In this document: positions 35,043 to 47,860 of the stretch, piece by piece
Position numbering within the stretch: the first letter of the stretch is position 1
Layout: every line of letters begins with the position of its first letter
Assembly (NCBI GenBank): GCA_964247055.1
Contig: OZ176052.1
Location: 8,494,001-8,558,000 of the forward strand
Source: Paragordius varius
Taxonomy: Eukaryota > Animalia > Nematomorpha
Direction of reading: 5' to 3'
DNA length: 64,000 bases
The notes under the pieces: generated by a model
Told to the model about the DNA's origin: nothing
What the model saw: only the letters and a program-made list of their open reading frames with translations
Databases searched by the model: none
Position numbers and translations under genes: made by a program

Positions 35043-36844
35043 TTAAAGATTTAAAAAAATATAGAAAAAAAGGCGGCGAAATTAGGAATTTTTTTTACAT
35101 TTTTTTTAAAAATTGTAGTCTAAAAGGCTTAAGAAAGAACATATTAAAATTTCACCTTAACTTAAATATTTAAATTATATTTCCTCTCTGCGATAACTAA
35201 CCCAAAAGGTCCTGAGGTGTTAAAAAATTTTGATGTTGTTTAAAGTCTTAAAATCAACATTCGTAGATAATTCGTTTTTGTAATACAATTATATATTAAT
35301 TACAATCCGTTTTTAGCAGTTCAACTTGTTGATCTATATCAGGACTTCTTAAATTTTTTATGATTCCCGACCCCATTTATTATTGCGAGTTTTTTAACGA
35401 CCCCAACAAATATAAAAGAAAATGAATAATTATTTTTAGATAATAAATATATTAAGTAACAATATGCACTATGAAAATATATAAATTTAAAATTAGGTTT
35501 GTAACATATAAAAATCTGAAATTGTAATTTGCACAAAATGTTATAGGAATATTTTCATTATAGTTTCAAAAACAATTCCCGTCTTTCATTCTCTCGAATA
35601 TATCCAAGTAGTTGCGTGGTAAATATTAAATTAAAATTTACGTTAAAAATTTAATGAGGTATATGTGCCTGTTTTTTATTGCATAACAAATCAAATCTTG
35701 GTGTAATGTTTCAAACTTAGATGTAAGACTTCTTCAACATTTTTTATCGCTGAACGATATTGGGATTTAACGTGTGTTAAAGCTGAGAAAGAAACTTCAC
35801 ATAAATATGTGGTGTTGAATGACAGAAGTACATTTAACGCTATATAAGCGATTGTGGGAAATTCCGTTCTAGTTCCGATCCAGAATTCAGCCAAGGGCTT
35901 TTTTCGGAATAGTGATTTAAAATTCGAGTCACACGAAAGCTCAGCAAATTCCCTTTGAGCTTTAAGTGGCGGATGATCAATCTCACTTAAGCTAATCCAA
36001 AACGGCTTTTAAATTTAAACTATTTTTGTCCAATATTTAATATAAAATATGTCCGAACTGTATTTCGAGCGCTTTTAAGTGTTCTCAATAGTTTATGCAA
36101 TAAGAGTTTTACAATATCAATCACAAAATTGTCGACACTGGAAAACATTTTGAACGATTTTTTTTCGACCCTACTTTTCCAAATGCTGATCTTTTAAATA
36201 AAACTCTCAAATTTTTCGTTCGAAGTAAATATATCGCAATTTTTTCCGCTAAGAGACAAGTGAAGATCGTTTAACTTCGCAAAAGTATCTATCCAAACAA
36301 CACGGCTTGGATAGATACAAGTCATTTAGAAAAGGAGCAAATTCACATGTAAAAAGTTCAATCTCGTCCTCTAATAACAATATTCTTTTTAGACTTTGAC
36401 CTCTTGACAACCATCTTGCTACTGCATGTAATAACAAAGTTATTTAGTAGGAATCCGTATCCTTACAGAGATTTGAAAATAAGTGACTGTTAAGGGCATG
36501 GCTCTTATATAAATTTATGAACTTAACACCATCCTGAAGCACATCGTTCAATGGTGCTATTTTTTTTGCTGCAAGAGCCTCTCGATGAATAAGGCAATGA
36601 GTAAAAGTTATATGATCATATTGAACAACTTGAAAAAACGACTTAAACCAATATTTTGCCCGTCATCGCTCTTGCACCATCTGTGCATATTCCACAGCAA
36701 TTTTTCCATTTTAAACCTTTTGCTTTTGAAATTCGTCATTACGATATATGTCTTTCTCTGTAATATGATCTTCCATTGGACAACAAAATAACAATTCTTC
36801 CTCCACGCTTTCATTACCTTATTCACCGATACTCTTTCCAAAAA

Positions 36845-38757
36845 GCCTTTGAATTCAGGATCCGAACTAGAACTGAAGATCCCACAATCGCCGATATAGC
36901 GTTAAATGTGCTTCTGCCATTCAACACCACATATTTAGGTGACTCACTCAGCTTTAACACACATTAAATCCCAATATCGTTCAGCAATAAAAAATGTTGA
37001 AGAAGTCCTACGTCCAGCAGTTTCAAAAACTACACCAAGATTTGATTTGTTATGCAATAAAAAACAGGCACATTCATTTCATTATATTTTTAACGTAAAC
37101 TTTAATTTAATATTTACACAACTAATTGGGTGTATTCTAATGTGACCAGATATTTTGAAATTTGACGCAGTACATAATAAAAACATACTTTGCCTGTTTT
37201 TACATAATCGGTGTGGTATATTACACAGTTTCCACAAAAAATACCCAGATAAAATACATATATATTCTGATAGGAAAATATCAAGATTATTATGGTGCTT
37301 TTGGTTTAACTTTTTAGATGTGGGCTCTGAAAGTCCTAAATTTTTTGGCTCTTTTAAAATAAACGCAAAAATTCCGACATTTTGCAATAATTTTAAATAT
37401 AAATTTTGATATCAACTAAATATATTTTTTTAGTTGCATACTTTCAAAATTTAATTTTTAGCAAAATTATGTTGAAGCGTTCTTCATACTATTTGAGCAT
37501 GATGTAAACGATATAAACAGTGTTATACCATTTATATAAATTCGATAATGCTAAACATTTTTCTTAGAATTTTGATTAAAATTGTGCGTTTTCAAATTTA
37601 TGTTTAATAAAAATTTTGTTTTTTTTTTTACAAAAATTCACCCAAAACAAGCAAATAAACCTTTAAATTAAATTTTCAACCTATAGTATTCAACAAAATC
37701 GAATTATTTAGAAAAAGGGTTTTATTATATCTTAAAGCGTTGTACCGTTTCCATCATGCTTCAAACTAGTTTGAAATAAGTTTCAACAAAATATCTCAAG
37801 TTTGATGCAAAAAATAAGAAAACACATAAAAATTATAGTTTAGAAAAAAAATTAAGAAATATCATACCTCCCACCTAATGGGTAAAAACGTAAAAACTCG
37901 TAATTTTTACAAAAAGGTTGATTTCGCCATATATAATAAATTTTAAATAACTACGGGAATAACAATTTTCTTTATAATTATCCGTTTGAGAATTATATCG
38001 AAAAATGAACCTTCTAAACTTGATCAAACAATCATGAATTAATTTTGTTAATCTTAAATTTTGAGACATCACTTTTTGCCGAGGCCCTGAGTGAGAAAGC
38101 CATAAGCCCGAATCTTAGAGTGGAGTCCGAGATTTATAGTTTCGCCACTGCGCGAAAGGCTGCAATCATAGGCGGTTTGGCCGAAAATCCAATTTTATGT
38201 TTAATTCGAGCAGAAAATAAAATATTAACTAATTAAAAATAGGCCAATCTTAGTTTTTTTACCGCAATTTTAACCATTTCTTTACAAATTATGGGTTTAT
38301 TTTTACAGAGGGAATATATCGAATTCTTAAATAATTTGTTTGAATAAATAAAAGGTATTTAATATATATTCATAAATAATTATTTTTTTTGATTTCAAAA
38401 AGCAGTACAAAAGTGGGCCCAGTACAGTCGAAGTTTTTTTCTGAAAATCCGGTACTGTACTGCGAAAAACAGCCTATCTGGTCACATTAGTGTATTCGAG
38501 AGAATTAAGACGGTCGAAATCCTTTGAAACTATAATAATAACATTGCTATAACATTTTGTGCATATTTCAATTTTAGATTTTTATGTGTTAAAACTAATT
38601 CTAAATTTATATATTTTCATATGCCTATGTATTTTGTTACCTAATAAATATATCATAACATTAATTTATTATTCTTTTATATTTGTTGTGGTCGTTAAGA
38701 AACTCGATATCATAAATGGTACCGGGAATTACAAAGGTTTACGTAGCCCTTGGCTAA
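36845..38757 (+). mobile_element. oppositely oriented 3' portion of the same hAT family inside 35340-39083
   Basis: 36851-37120 and 38498-38757 together are the reverse complement of about 35340-35887 (dimerisation domain plus 3' end). Confidence 0.85.
37138..38489. mobile_element. hAT-type MITE with TAATGTGACCAGATA TIRs, 1352 bp
   Basis: Perfect 15-bp TIRs; 8-bp TSD GTGTATTC at 37130-37137 and 38490-38497. Confidence 0.92.
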
Positions 38758-40014
38758 ACAAACACGAAATGCTCATATAGTTTCTTTGAAATAACACCTG
38801 GAAATTTTGTTAATAATATTTATCAGGATTATTTCGGTTTTAAGAGATTGACAAAAATAAATCTACATTTTTATAATTTTCTATAATATCTTCTGATTCA
38901 TAGTAAAATTATACAAGATATAATGATCGGAATAGAGATGCTGGTATAAACAGTCTTTCCGAATTAGAAGATTTTATGATGTATTTATCTACGTTTGTTT
39001 TTTTATAACAATAATTTTACAAGTTATAAACATTTTTTGTTAAATTGTATTTTTACTCGCGACCCATAGTTTAAGAAGCCCTGATCTATATCATTATGTT
39101 TTAGGTTAATTGAGCATCCGGGATTTTTTTTCGGGTAGGGTGAGAGAGGTGTGATGAGGTTATTCCAATAGCTGACCGTAGTATCTAATATTTTTAATTT
39201 AGTTGAATTGATCTAGTGGCTTCATTTATTTGTGATTAAGAAAAAATGTATCAACCAAAATTATTTTTAAGAAATGCATCGAAAAATTTAGTTCAAGCTT
39301 ACTTGATACTATTTTGAGGCAGGATGGAAAAGGTAAAAAACGCTTTAAGATATTATAAAAAAGCTTTTTCTGTATAAAATTCGATAATGCAGAACATTTC
39401 CATCGCCTAACAATTTTGTTTTAAAGTGCGTTTGCTTAAAAAATGATAAAAAAACACAATGTTTTTTTATCACATGTTTGAAGACGAACGAATACTTTAA
39501 TCAAAATTTTGAGGGGAGAGACATGTTCAGCATCATAATACAAAAAAAGTGTTTTATAATATTTTAGAACGTTTTTCACCTTTTCCATCCTGCCTCATAG
39601 TTATGAAGTATGCAACAAAATTAATATTTTATTTTTTGAAAAAGTATGCTTAGTTTAAAAATATTTTTAGCCGATATCAAAATTTAGCATATGTTTTAAA
39701 TGTTATCGCGCAAACCCGACATTTTTGCCTTAATTATAAGATGACTAGCCCATTTTCGAAGATCAAAAAAATTTGGGACTTTCGCCCACATTTAAAATTA
39801 AAAGTTGTTAAAAATATTGTTTTGCTTTTTATTTATTTCTGATTGATTTAGTGAATTTTTTGGAATGAAGCCTCTAGCATTCATTGAAAGGATTTATTTA
39901 AAATGTCCCTCAATTTTGCCATTTTCTGAAATGGAGTTACCACAAAAGTGTAAATAACTCATTCGGGCCAAAAGCACCATGATAATCCTGAATCAGAATA
40001 TATATATACATATA

Positions 40015-40168
40015 CTAGCGTGAATCTCGTGCTGCTACGCAGCCCGAGGAAGTCCTTCGGACTTCTGGGGGGGGGGGGGGGGGTTCGAAGTTTGGATTTG
40101 AATGGGTCTACCGGTTTTCCTGTACCAGATCACAAAGCCAGCATTTTCCATTTTTATAAATATATAGA
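40015..40168 (-). mobile_element. 154-bp mini-Helitron with both termini and a G17 tract
   Basis: The minus strand starts A|TCTATATATTTATAAAAATGG (40168) and ends ..CTCGGGCTGC-GTA-GCAGCACGAG-ATTCACG-CTAG|T (40015), a canonical hairpin plus CTRR end. G run at 40067-40083. Confidence 0.85.
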
Positions 40169-40209
40169 TTACCATAAATAATGTTTTAATATCCATATAT
40201 CTTTTAACA

Positions 40210-41224
40210 TGCTATACATATGATAGATACTCCTTACTCAGCAGCTATCATCAAAGAAACGCCTGACTAAAATTTTTGCCTTTTAATAGGCAATATGAAA
40301 AATCTTTCTCGAATTTTTACAGTCTCATACCGTGGGCAAAAAAATACAATCAAGAAATATTTTTGTGGACTTTGTTTTTTGAAAAAGGTGGCATTTCACG
40401 GGGGGAGCGGGTAAAAAGAGGGCTTAAATCAAAAAAGTGACTCGACTATGTTCGGCGCAATCGAAAATAAGTAAACAAAAATCATATTTGAAATTGAATG
40501 GTCCAACACGTTCTCCAAAAAATTGACTTAACCCATTTTTCACACGGGGTGGGCCCAAACTGGGGACCTAATTCCAAAAAAGGGCGAAGCTATTGTCGGG
40601 GCATTCATTAATGATTAAATTTTTTCGATGTTTGGATTTGATTGGGTTCACCGGTTTTCCGGAAACAGATCACAAAGTTATATGAAAAATCAGTTTTTAG
40701 CGGGTAGTTCCTTACCCAGCAGCTATCATCAAAGAAACGGTAGACTAAAATTTTTGCCTTTTAACAGGGAATACGTGGAATCTTTATTGAATTTTTACAG
40801 TCTCATACCTAGGGCGAAAAATCGATTTAAAAAATTATTTTTGTGGACTTTGTTTTTTGAAAAAGGTGGCATTTCACGGGGGGAGCGGGTAAAAAGAGGG
40901 CCTAAATCAAAAAAGTGGCTCGGCTATGTTCAGCGCAATCGAAAATAAGTAAACAAAAATCATATTTAAAATTGAATGGTCCAACACGTTCTCCGGAAAA
41001 TTGTCTCAAAGACACGATTTTTGTGGACTTCTGTTTTCAAAAAAAAACCCGTTTTTCATACGGGATGGGCCCGAACTGGGGGCCTATTTCAAAAAAAGGG
41101 CGAAGCTATTGTCGGGGCATTCATTAATGATTATATTTTTTCGATATTTGGATTTGAATGGGTCTACCGGTTTTCCTGTACCAGTTCACAAAGCCAGCAT
41201 TTTCCATTTTTATAAATATATAGA
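40210..41224 (-). mobile_element. 5' part of the same Helitron with a ~478-bp tandem duplication
   Basis: Reverse complement of about 23537-24000; cagcagctatcatcaaagaaacg at 40239 and 40717; TC 5' end at 41224. Confidence 0.85.
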
Positions 41225-42286
41225 TTTCATCAGGTTATTTAAATGTGGAAACTGTGTTATGGGTTCGATAGCGAAGCTGCGGTTAGCACGATGTCATCTT
41301 CATATAATAGCGCGGTTAACCGAATGTCCCTTGTAGTAGAGTTTAATATTGTATAAACTAAAATGTGCTCGACTGTCCCTTATTTGGGGACATTTTTTTG
41401 GAAATTTGGAATCACCCGAAAGTCAGACCAATGTTTTTGGATTCTGATAGAGAAGTGTAGCTTGAATCAAATTTTCATCAACGTTATGGATTTTTAAGGC
41501 CAATTAATAATCGGGGTCCTCTGTCAAAAGACTACTCCAAATCAAGGAAAAAATGATAAACTTTTTTTAAAAGTTAGTGTTTTTCAGCCGATTAAGGACA
41601 AATAGAAAATGGTTGAGTGGTTAGGACCGAAGGGAATTGTGAGGATGTTTCAAATATTTATAGCATCTCATTTGATCGATCTATGTGAAGAACATTTGAG
41701 CTTGAGCTTACTACCTTTATTTTTATAAATAAAGTATACAATAGTTGCGTGTCCATCATTGTTGTGTAATTGTATGGGCTCTAGCGCCAGTTCAGGCATG
41801 GTACATTGTGAAACTGCAGGTATTGTCGTATAAGCATGAAAGGCCTTTTTCCATGCTTACCACGCCATACATATAACCTTTTATGTGCCCTCGTAAGTTG
41901 GATATGAGATTTAAAATTTACATCAATTTTTGATTAACGATGCTGATTGATTTGGCAGCTACCAAATCAATTTGTGCTTGTTATCAAAAAAGCAGCAAAA
42001 GGCTCCGATCGAGCGATAAATATTCCTAAACACATAACAAAAAAAGACAAGAACTAATAATAGTTAAGTGTTTTAAACTTATCGGAAATTATCATTTCGA
42101 ATCCTCCACATTTGATTTCAGTTTATAATTTTTTGATATTCAACATAATTTTGAAAAATTATTTGAAGTTGATAGCAACATAATTGGTAGAAATTTGCAT
42201 TAAGAAGCTTAAACTGTTTTAAACGTATCAGCAAAATATAGATGATTTAAATATTAAGCGCATTTTCCAAATTTAAACTTAATTAA

Positions 42287-45213
42287 CACTTGGATACAAC
42301 ACATTCATATAAGTCTTCGATTCAAATTGGGGTTTTTGGATACCCCAGGCTTGCTCAAAATTAATATTTCAAAAAATATGGAATAAATTGAAACCTTGGC
42401 AAAAGTTTGCACTTATATAACATTGATGAAACGAAATATGAAAAATGTTTATTCAAAAATATTTGAATATACTTATTAAGGAACCCAAAGGTAAAATTTA
42501 CCATGACATGTGTGCACAAGCTAAATAATAATGCAAAATATACCACTTTTTCTGTTTATATCTATATTAAATATGATTTTAATAAAAAAGTACACTTAAT
42601 TTTAGCCTTAGAATCAAATAAACCCGATATTTTGCGAAAATGTTGTAAAATAAAAATGGCGCCGAAGCAGTTTGATACGGAACTTTTTTCCCAAAACTAA
42701 ACTCTATTTAGATATTTTGGCTTATTTATATAATTTTTATTAGAATAGAAGCATGAATTTAAATTGGAACCGTTTTTTTCAGTAGTTTTATAACAGTGGT
42801 ACTCAAACCGCGGCCCTAAGAGTGCTTAAAATTGCCCTATGACCATATTGATACTTAAATTATTTTTTATTAATAATATTTAAAATACAAATAAATGAAT
42901 CGTTTATTTTAATATTAATTTAATTTCTTTAGATTTAATTTTGGTAATTTTTATTTTTTAGCCAATTTAAAATGTGGAAACATTTTCCTAAATTAAAATA
43001 TTTTCAAAATTTTGGCACACGTTGTTTATGTTTCTGTAATCTATTTTTCTATTATAAAATTTTTATTGCATTCCTTTTTGTATTTAAAGCCTTTCACCAA
43101 AACTTGCATATACATATTTTTTTGCTACTGCATCATTTTTTATAACTCATTCCCATAAAATATTTTTCAAATCAACATCATTAAATTTCGACCTGTTTAT
43201 AGCATAATTCAAATTATATTCCTATTTTTTAAAAAAATTTACATAATATTTAAACATAAATTTAAAGGATGACATCTAATGCTAAATAATGTAGAAAACC
43301 GCTCCTTTAAAAGAATGGGAAGACAAATTCTTTGTCGTTTTAAATAAAATGTTGTTACCTGCCTTATATGTTAAGACAACAGAGAAAAAATACAATATTG
43401 AAGGACCTTTTACAATACATCATTTTCATAAATTACCAGAAAATCATGAGGAAAGAAACGAAAAATATAAAAAGATTAAGGAATTATACCAGAAAGAAAA
43501 ATCTATTATGTCCAGCTTCGTATGATAATTTGCTATATTTTAGGAAAAAATATGAAACCGTTTACTGATTCCCAACTAATAAAGAAATGTCTAATAAATG
43601 ATTGCACTTTTATATTTGATAACCATAAAGATCAAATCATGAGGTAAATTAAAAAACTTCAACTTTCTGATTCAACATGTGCTTGACGCATTGAATATAT
43701 GTCTAAATATATTTTTAACAATATATTATTGGCTCTGAAAAACTGCAAATATTTTAGTATTGCTATTGATTATAGCACTGATATTAGTTTTACACCTCAG
43801 TGTGCGCTCTTCGTGAGATTTTGCAACGAAAACATAATCAAGGAATATTTAAAAATTTTACCGATGAATAATACCACGAAAGAAAAGGATTTTCTCGAAA
43901 TAATTGCTTTTTTCAATAATAATGAATTATCTATGAAAAAATGATTTCGATCTTCACAGATGGCTGTCCCTCCTGGAATAAACAAAGGATTTATCCTCTT
44001 TTGTAAACAAATATAATTTGCAAAATATTTTATCCTTTAACTGGTTTATTCATCATCGAAACTTGGTTTCGCGTGTTATAGATGAATCACTCAATTCAAT
44101 AATTAAACGGTTGTGGATATAGTTAACCACATCCGTGGCAGAGAATTCAGCGGCCGTAAATTCAAAAACCTTCTGAAAGATATCCACAGTGAGTTTGATG
44201 ATATCTATACACGCTGTGAGATGCTAACTAAGCCTCGCAAAGTATTAAATAGATCTGTAAAAGACATGAAATTCTATTATTTATAAAATATAACAGAAAG
44301 TTTGAGAATTCGTGACAAAATGGTGGGTTTTATTAACCTACCTTGCAACATTACGTATAAACTTAGTATTTTACAAGTGTTTAAGGGACCAAATAATAAC
44401 ACAATTTAATAATCAAATATTTGCCTTAGAATCAAAATTAATAATATCTGATTAATAAAGAAAATATGGAATCTACCGCGGAGATTAATTTAATAAAGAA
44501 TGATTTAATATTTTTATCTAATGAGATGTAATTCAGATTTCAAGAATTAAGTATTAAAATTTGCTTAAAACTCGTTGAAAATCCATGGCATATGGATATA
44601 TCTAATATTAAGTTGAGCATTTCGGTTTTGCTCAGGTACATATCATTGAAGAATTCGTAGATTTTAAAAATGATTCCAATTTGGAGGCTGTATTCAAGAA
44701 TCATAGAAAAATGTAAAATTTTGGCAAGATGTGCCAAATAAATATAAAAATTAAAAAAATGTGCTCAAGTAATTCTAACTGTTTTTCCCTCAACTTACAC
44801 GTGTGAGACGGCATGTTCGAAAATAAGTATGTCAAGAATGCATACAGAAATCGCTTAACCGATGATTATATGGACGACGTATTAACATTGGCCTGTCATG
44901 AGGCGAAACCAAATTTGTCAAAAATTATTGGTTAATATCAAAATAAATATTTTTAAAATATTTTAATTTATTAACTAAATGATGCAAAGCGAGTTTGGAT
45001 TTATGCAATCCGCAAAAAATTCATTGTGCTGATTTAGAATATAGAATGTGCATATGTGTTAAATAGCTATGGAATATTTGCCATTATAAAGATGGCCCTC
45101 GAAAAAAAATATATTTTATCTGGCCTGTCAAATTTTTTTGGTGATTTACTGTTTTATAATATCAATCTAAATATTGTTAGGGGTATTTAGATACCCCAAT
45201 TTGAATCGAAGGG
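42287..45213. mobile_element. TTAA/piggyBac-type MITE interrupted by a hAT transposon
   Basis: TTAA at 42283-42286 and 45214-45217; ends cacttggatacaac..cttcgattcaaattgggg and ccccaatttgaatcgaaggg. Confidence 0.85.
42794..45151 (+). mobile_element. hAT (SPIN/GTF2IRD2/EPM2AIP1-type) element with decayed transposase
   Basis: CAGTGGTACTCAAA 5' end, degenerate ..TTACTG 3' end, 8-bp TSD TTTTATAA at 42786-42793 and 45152-45159. Remnants: KYFSIAIDYSTDIS..QCALFVRF, CFIHHRNL, FPSTYTCET..RNRLTDD. Confidence 0.88.
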
Positions 45214-46227
45214 TTAATGGAATTATTCATTGTCAGCTTTTTTGGGCAAATAATGTATTTCTTTTGAAAATATTACATCCATCTATACAGCTTTTTATAA
45301 ATGCATAATATAATTTTACTATTTGTTTAATTAGAAATAAAAAATGTGACATAAATCTGACTTATGTAACCAAAATTAAAACCTTATGACAGATAGTTTA
45401 TTCTTTAATATAATAAAAGTACTTAGGATATAATTATTCTGATATTACCTGTCGTAATTTTTATATTTAAATATTGTTCTGATCTAAATATTGGTGTATA
45501 GATATTTTTAAAGTGCTTATGCTTTTCCAATATCAAGCTGTTGATTCTATAAGATGGCATTTTATACTCGTAATTGTGCTTACATATTGTTCTCATCATG
45601 AAATTAACATAATGGAAATAACCATTCAATACAAATGCTTTTATTATTTATTATGATTTACTTGAGTAAACAAAGTATGTAAAAATAAGATAAGTAGGGT
45701 CTCTTGCTTAAACATATTAAATATAATAAAGTCTAACGAGCGATTATTCCGCTTATAGTGGGTCAAACAGTAATGTTTTTGTTTAAAAACTGCTTTAATT
45801 TTATCCACCATCTGAGGATTATATTAATAGCTTATTATGACAGTGTTAAATTTTCTATGGACCATGTATATATTGGGATAGTTATAATGAGGGTGGATGT
45901 TTTTACATCCAAAGCATTCAATTCGGAAAGCTATCAAATTTAATTTACCAGCAAATTTTTGATATTTTTTATATTCATATCAGCTGTTTGTTTCAATCGT
46001 GTTATGGAACTATCTGACTGTTTGCTTATTATAGATGTATATGTTAACTCGCGTTTTTTATCAAAATCAATGTTTCAAAGTATGTAAATATGGCTTTCCC
46101 AATTCGAGGCGTTAAACATAAAAAGATCTATAATTTCCAGATCATGCAAATCATTAACACATTTATGCATTCATTAATACTAAAATGTATGTTAACTTTT
46201 TTAAATTAGTTCGACTTGTGGCTATTC

Positions 46228-47860
46228 TAATGTGACCAGATAGGCTGTTTTTCGCAGTACAATACTGGATTTTCAGAAAAAAACTGCGACTGTACTGCGC
46301 CCACTTTTGTACTGCTTTTTGGAATTAAAAAAAAATTTTATTTTTAAGAATTTGATATAGTAATCTCTGTAAAAATAACCCCTAATTAGTAAAGTAATGG
46401 TTCATTTTGCGGTAAAATAAGATTGGCCTATTTATTGGTTAATATTTTATTTTCTGCCCGAAATATACATAAAATTGGATTTTGGATCGATTAAACCGCT
46501 ATGCTTGCAACCTTTCGCGTGGCGAAATATAAATCTCAAACTCCACCGTTAGATTCGGGCTAACTGCCACTCAGGGCTTCCGCAAAAAGAGGTGGCTCAA
46601 AATTTAAAATTAACAAATTAATTCATAATATTCTAATAAATGCTTGTTCAAGTTAAGAAAGTTCATATTTTGTTATAATAATCAAACGGAAAATTATATA
46701 GAAAATTGTTATTCCCGTAACATATTATATAAAATTTATTATATATGCATATGATTTCGAAATAACCTCTTTTTCATATTAAAAAATTATTAGGTTTTGT
46801 ACGTTTTAACCCATTCGATGGGAGGTATGATATTATTTTTGTCCTACTTTATTTTTATTAGTTTTCTTATTTTTTTGCATAAACAAATTTGAGATATTTT
46901 GTTGAAGCGTACTTCTAACGATTTTGTAGCATGATGGACACGGTATAACGCTTTATGAATTAATAAAACCCTTTTTCTAAATAATTTGATGATGTTAAAT
47001 ATTCAGAATTATAATTTAAAGGTTTGTTTGCTTGCCAAATTTAGTCAATTTTTGTAAAAAACACAAATTTTATTTAACGAACGAATATTTTAATCGAAAA
47101 TCTGTTTAAGAAAAATGTTTAACATTATCAAATTATATATAAATTGATATATTTTCTCAACCGTTTATATCGATTCCATCATGCTCAAAATAACATGAAG
47201 TATACTTCAACAAATTGCTAAAAATTAAATTAAGAAAAATGTTTAACATTATCAAATTATTTATAAAGTGATATATTTTCTCAACCGTTTATATCGATTC
47301 CATCATGCTCAAAATAATATGAAGTATACTTCAACAAAATTTTGCTAAAAATTAAATTAATGAAGTATGCATATTATAAAAAATATATGTAGTTTATATC
47401 AGAATTTAGCACATATTTAAAACTATTTCACAATGTCGGAATTTCGCGTAATTTTAAGAGAACAGCCCATAAAAAACAAAAATTTGGGACTTTCAAAGCT
47501 CATATCTATATAAAACTCTAAAAAAATTTTTTTGATTTTTATGTAGTTTGTTATATTTTAATGAAATTGTTTGAAATAATGCATTTAGCTTTCACCAAAA
47601 TATACATTTGAAAAAAATTGCGCACTTTTGCAATTTTATACGGAGCACCTACCACAAAAGTGTAAATAACTTTAATAACTCGTCAAGGTTAAAACCAAAA
47701 GCACCATGATAACCCTGATATTTTCCTATCAATATATGTATATTTCATCAGGATATTCTTTTGTGGAAACTGTGTAAAATACCACACCGATGGTGTAAAA
47801 ACAGGCAAAGTATGTTTTAATTTTGCACTGCGTCAAAGTTCAAAATATCTGGTCACATTA
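46228..47860. mobile_element. second full copy of the TAATGTGACCAGATA hAT MITE (opposite orientation), 1633 bp
   Basis: TIRs at both ends; 8-bp TSD GGCTATTC at 46220-46227 and 47861-47868; internal ~120-bp tandem duplication at about 47105-47340. Confidence 0.92.

Larger units (their letters stand above)
35340..39083 (-). mobile_element. Buster/Charlie-type hAT element with decayed transposase, carrying nested insertions
   Basis: TIRs CAGGGCTTCTTAAA (39083, minus) and CAGGACTTCTTAAA (35340); 8-bp TSD ATCTATAT at 35332-35339 and 39084-39091. Transposase remnants at 36840-35690: THCLIHREALAAK, LLHAVARWLSRG, FWIGTRTEFPTIA..FNTTYLCEVSFS. Confidence 0.9.

Noticed and set aside
40628-41336. Cluster of 70-111-aa ORFs
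   Set aside because: They fall in the duplicated non-coding Helitron segment, with no protein motifs.
41760-41980. Two short hairpins and a Tc1-like HNVPCLNW patch as a miRNA or transposase
   Set aside because: Stems are only about 10 bp, too short for a pre-miRNA; protein similarity is too fragmentary.
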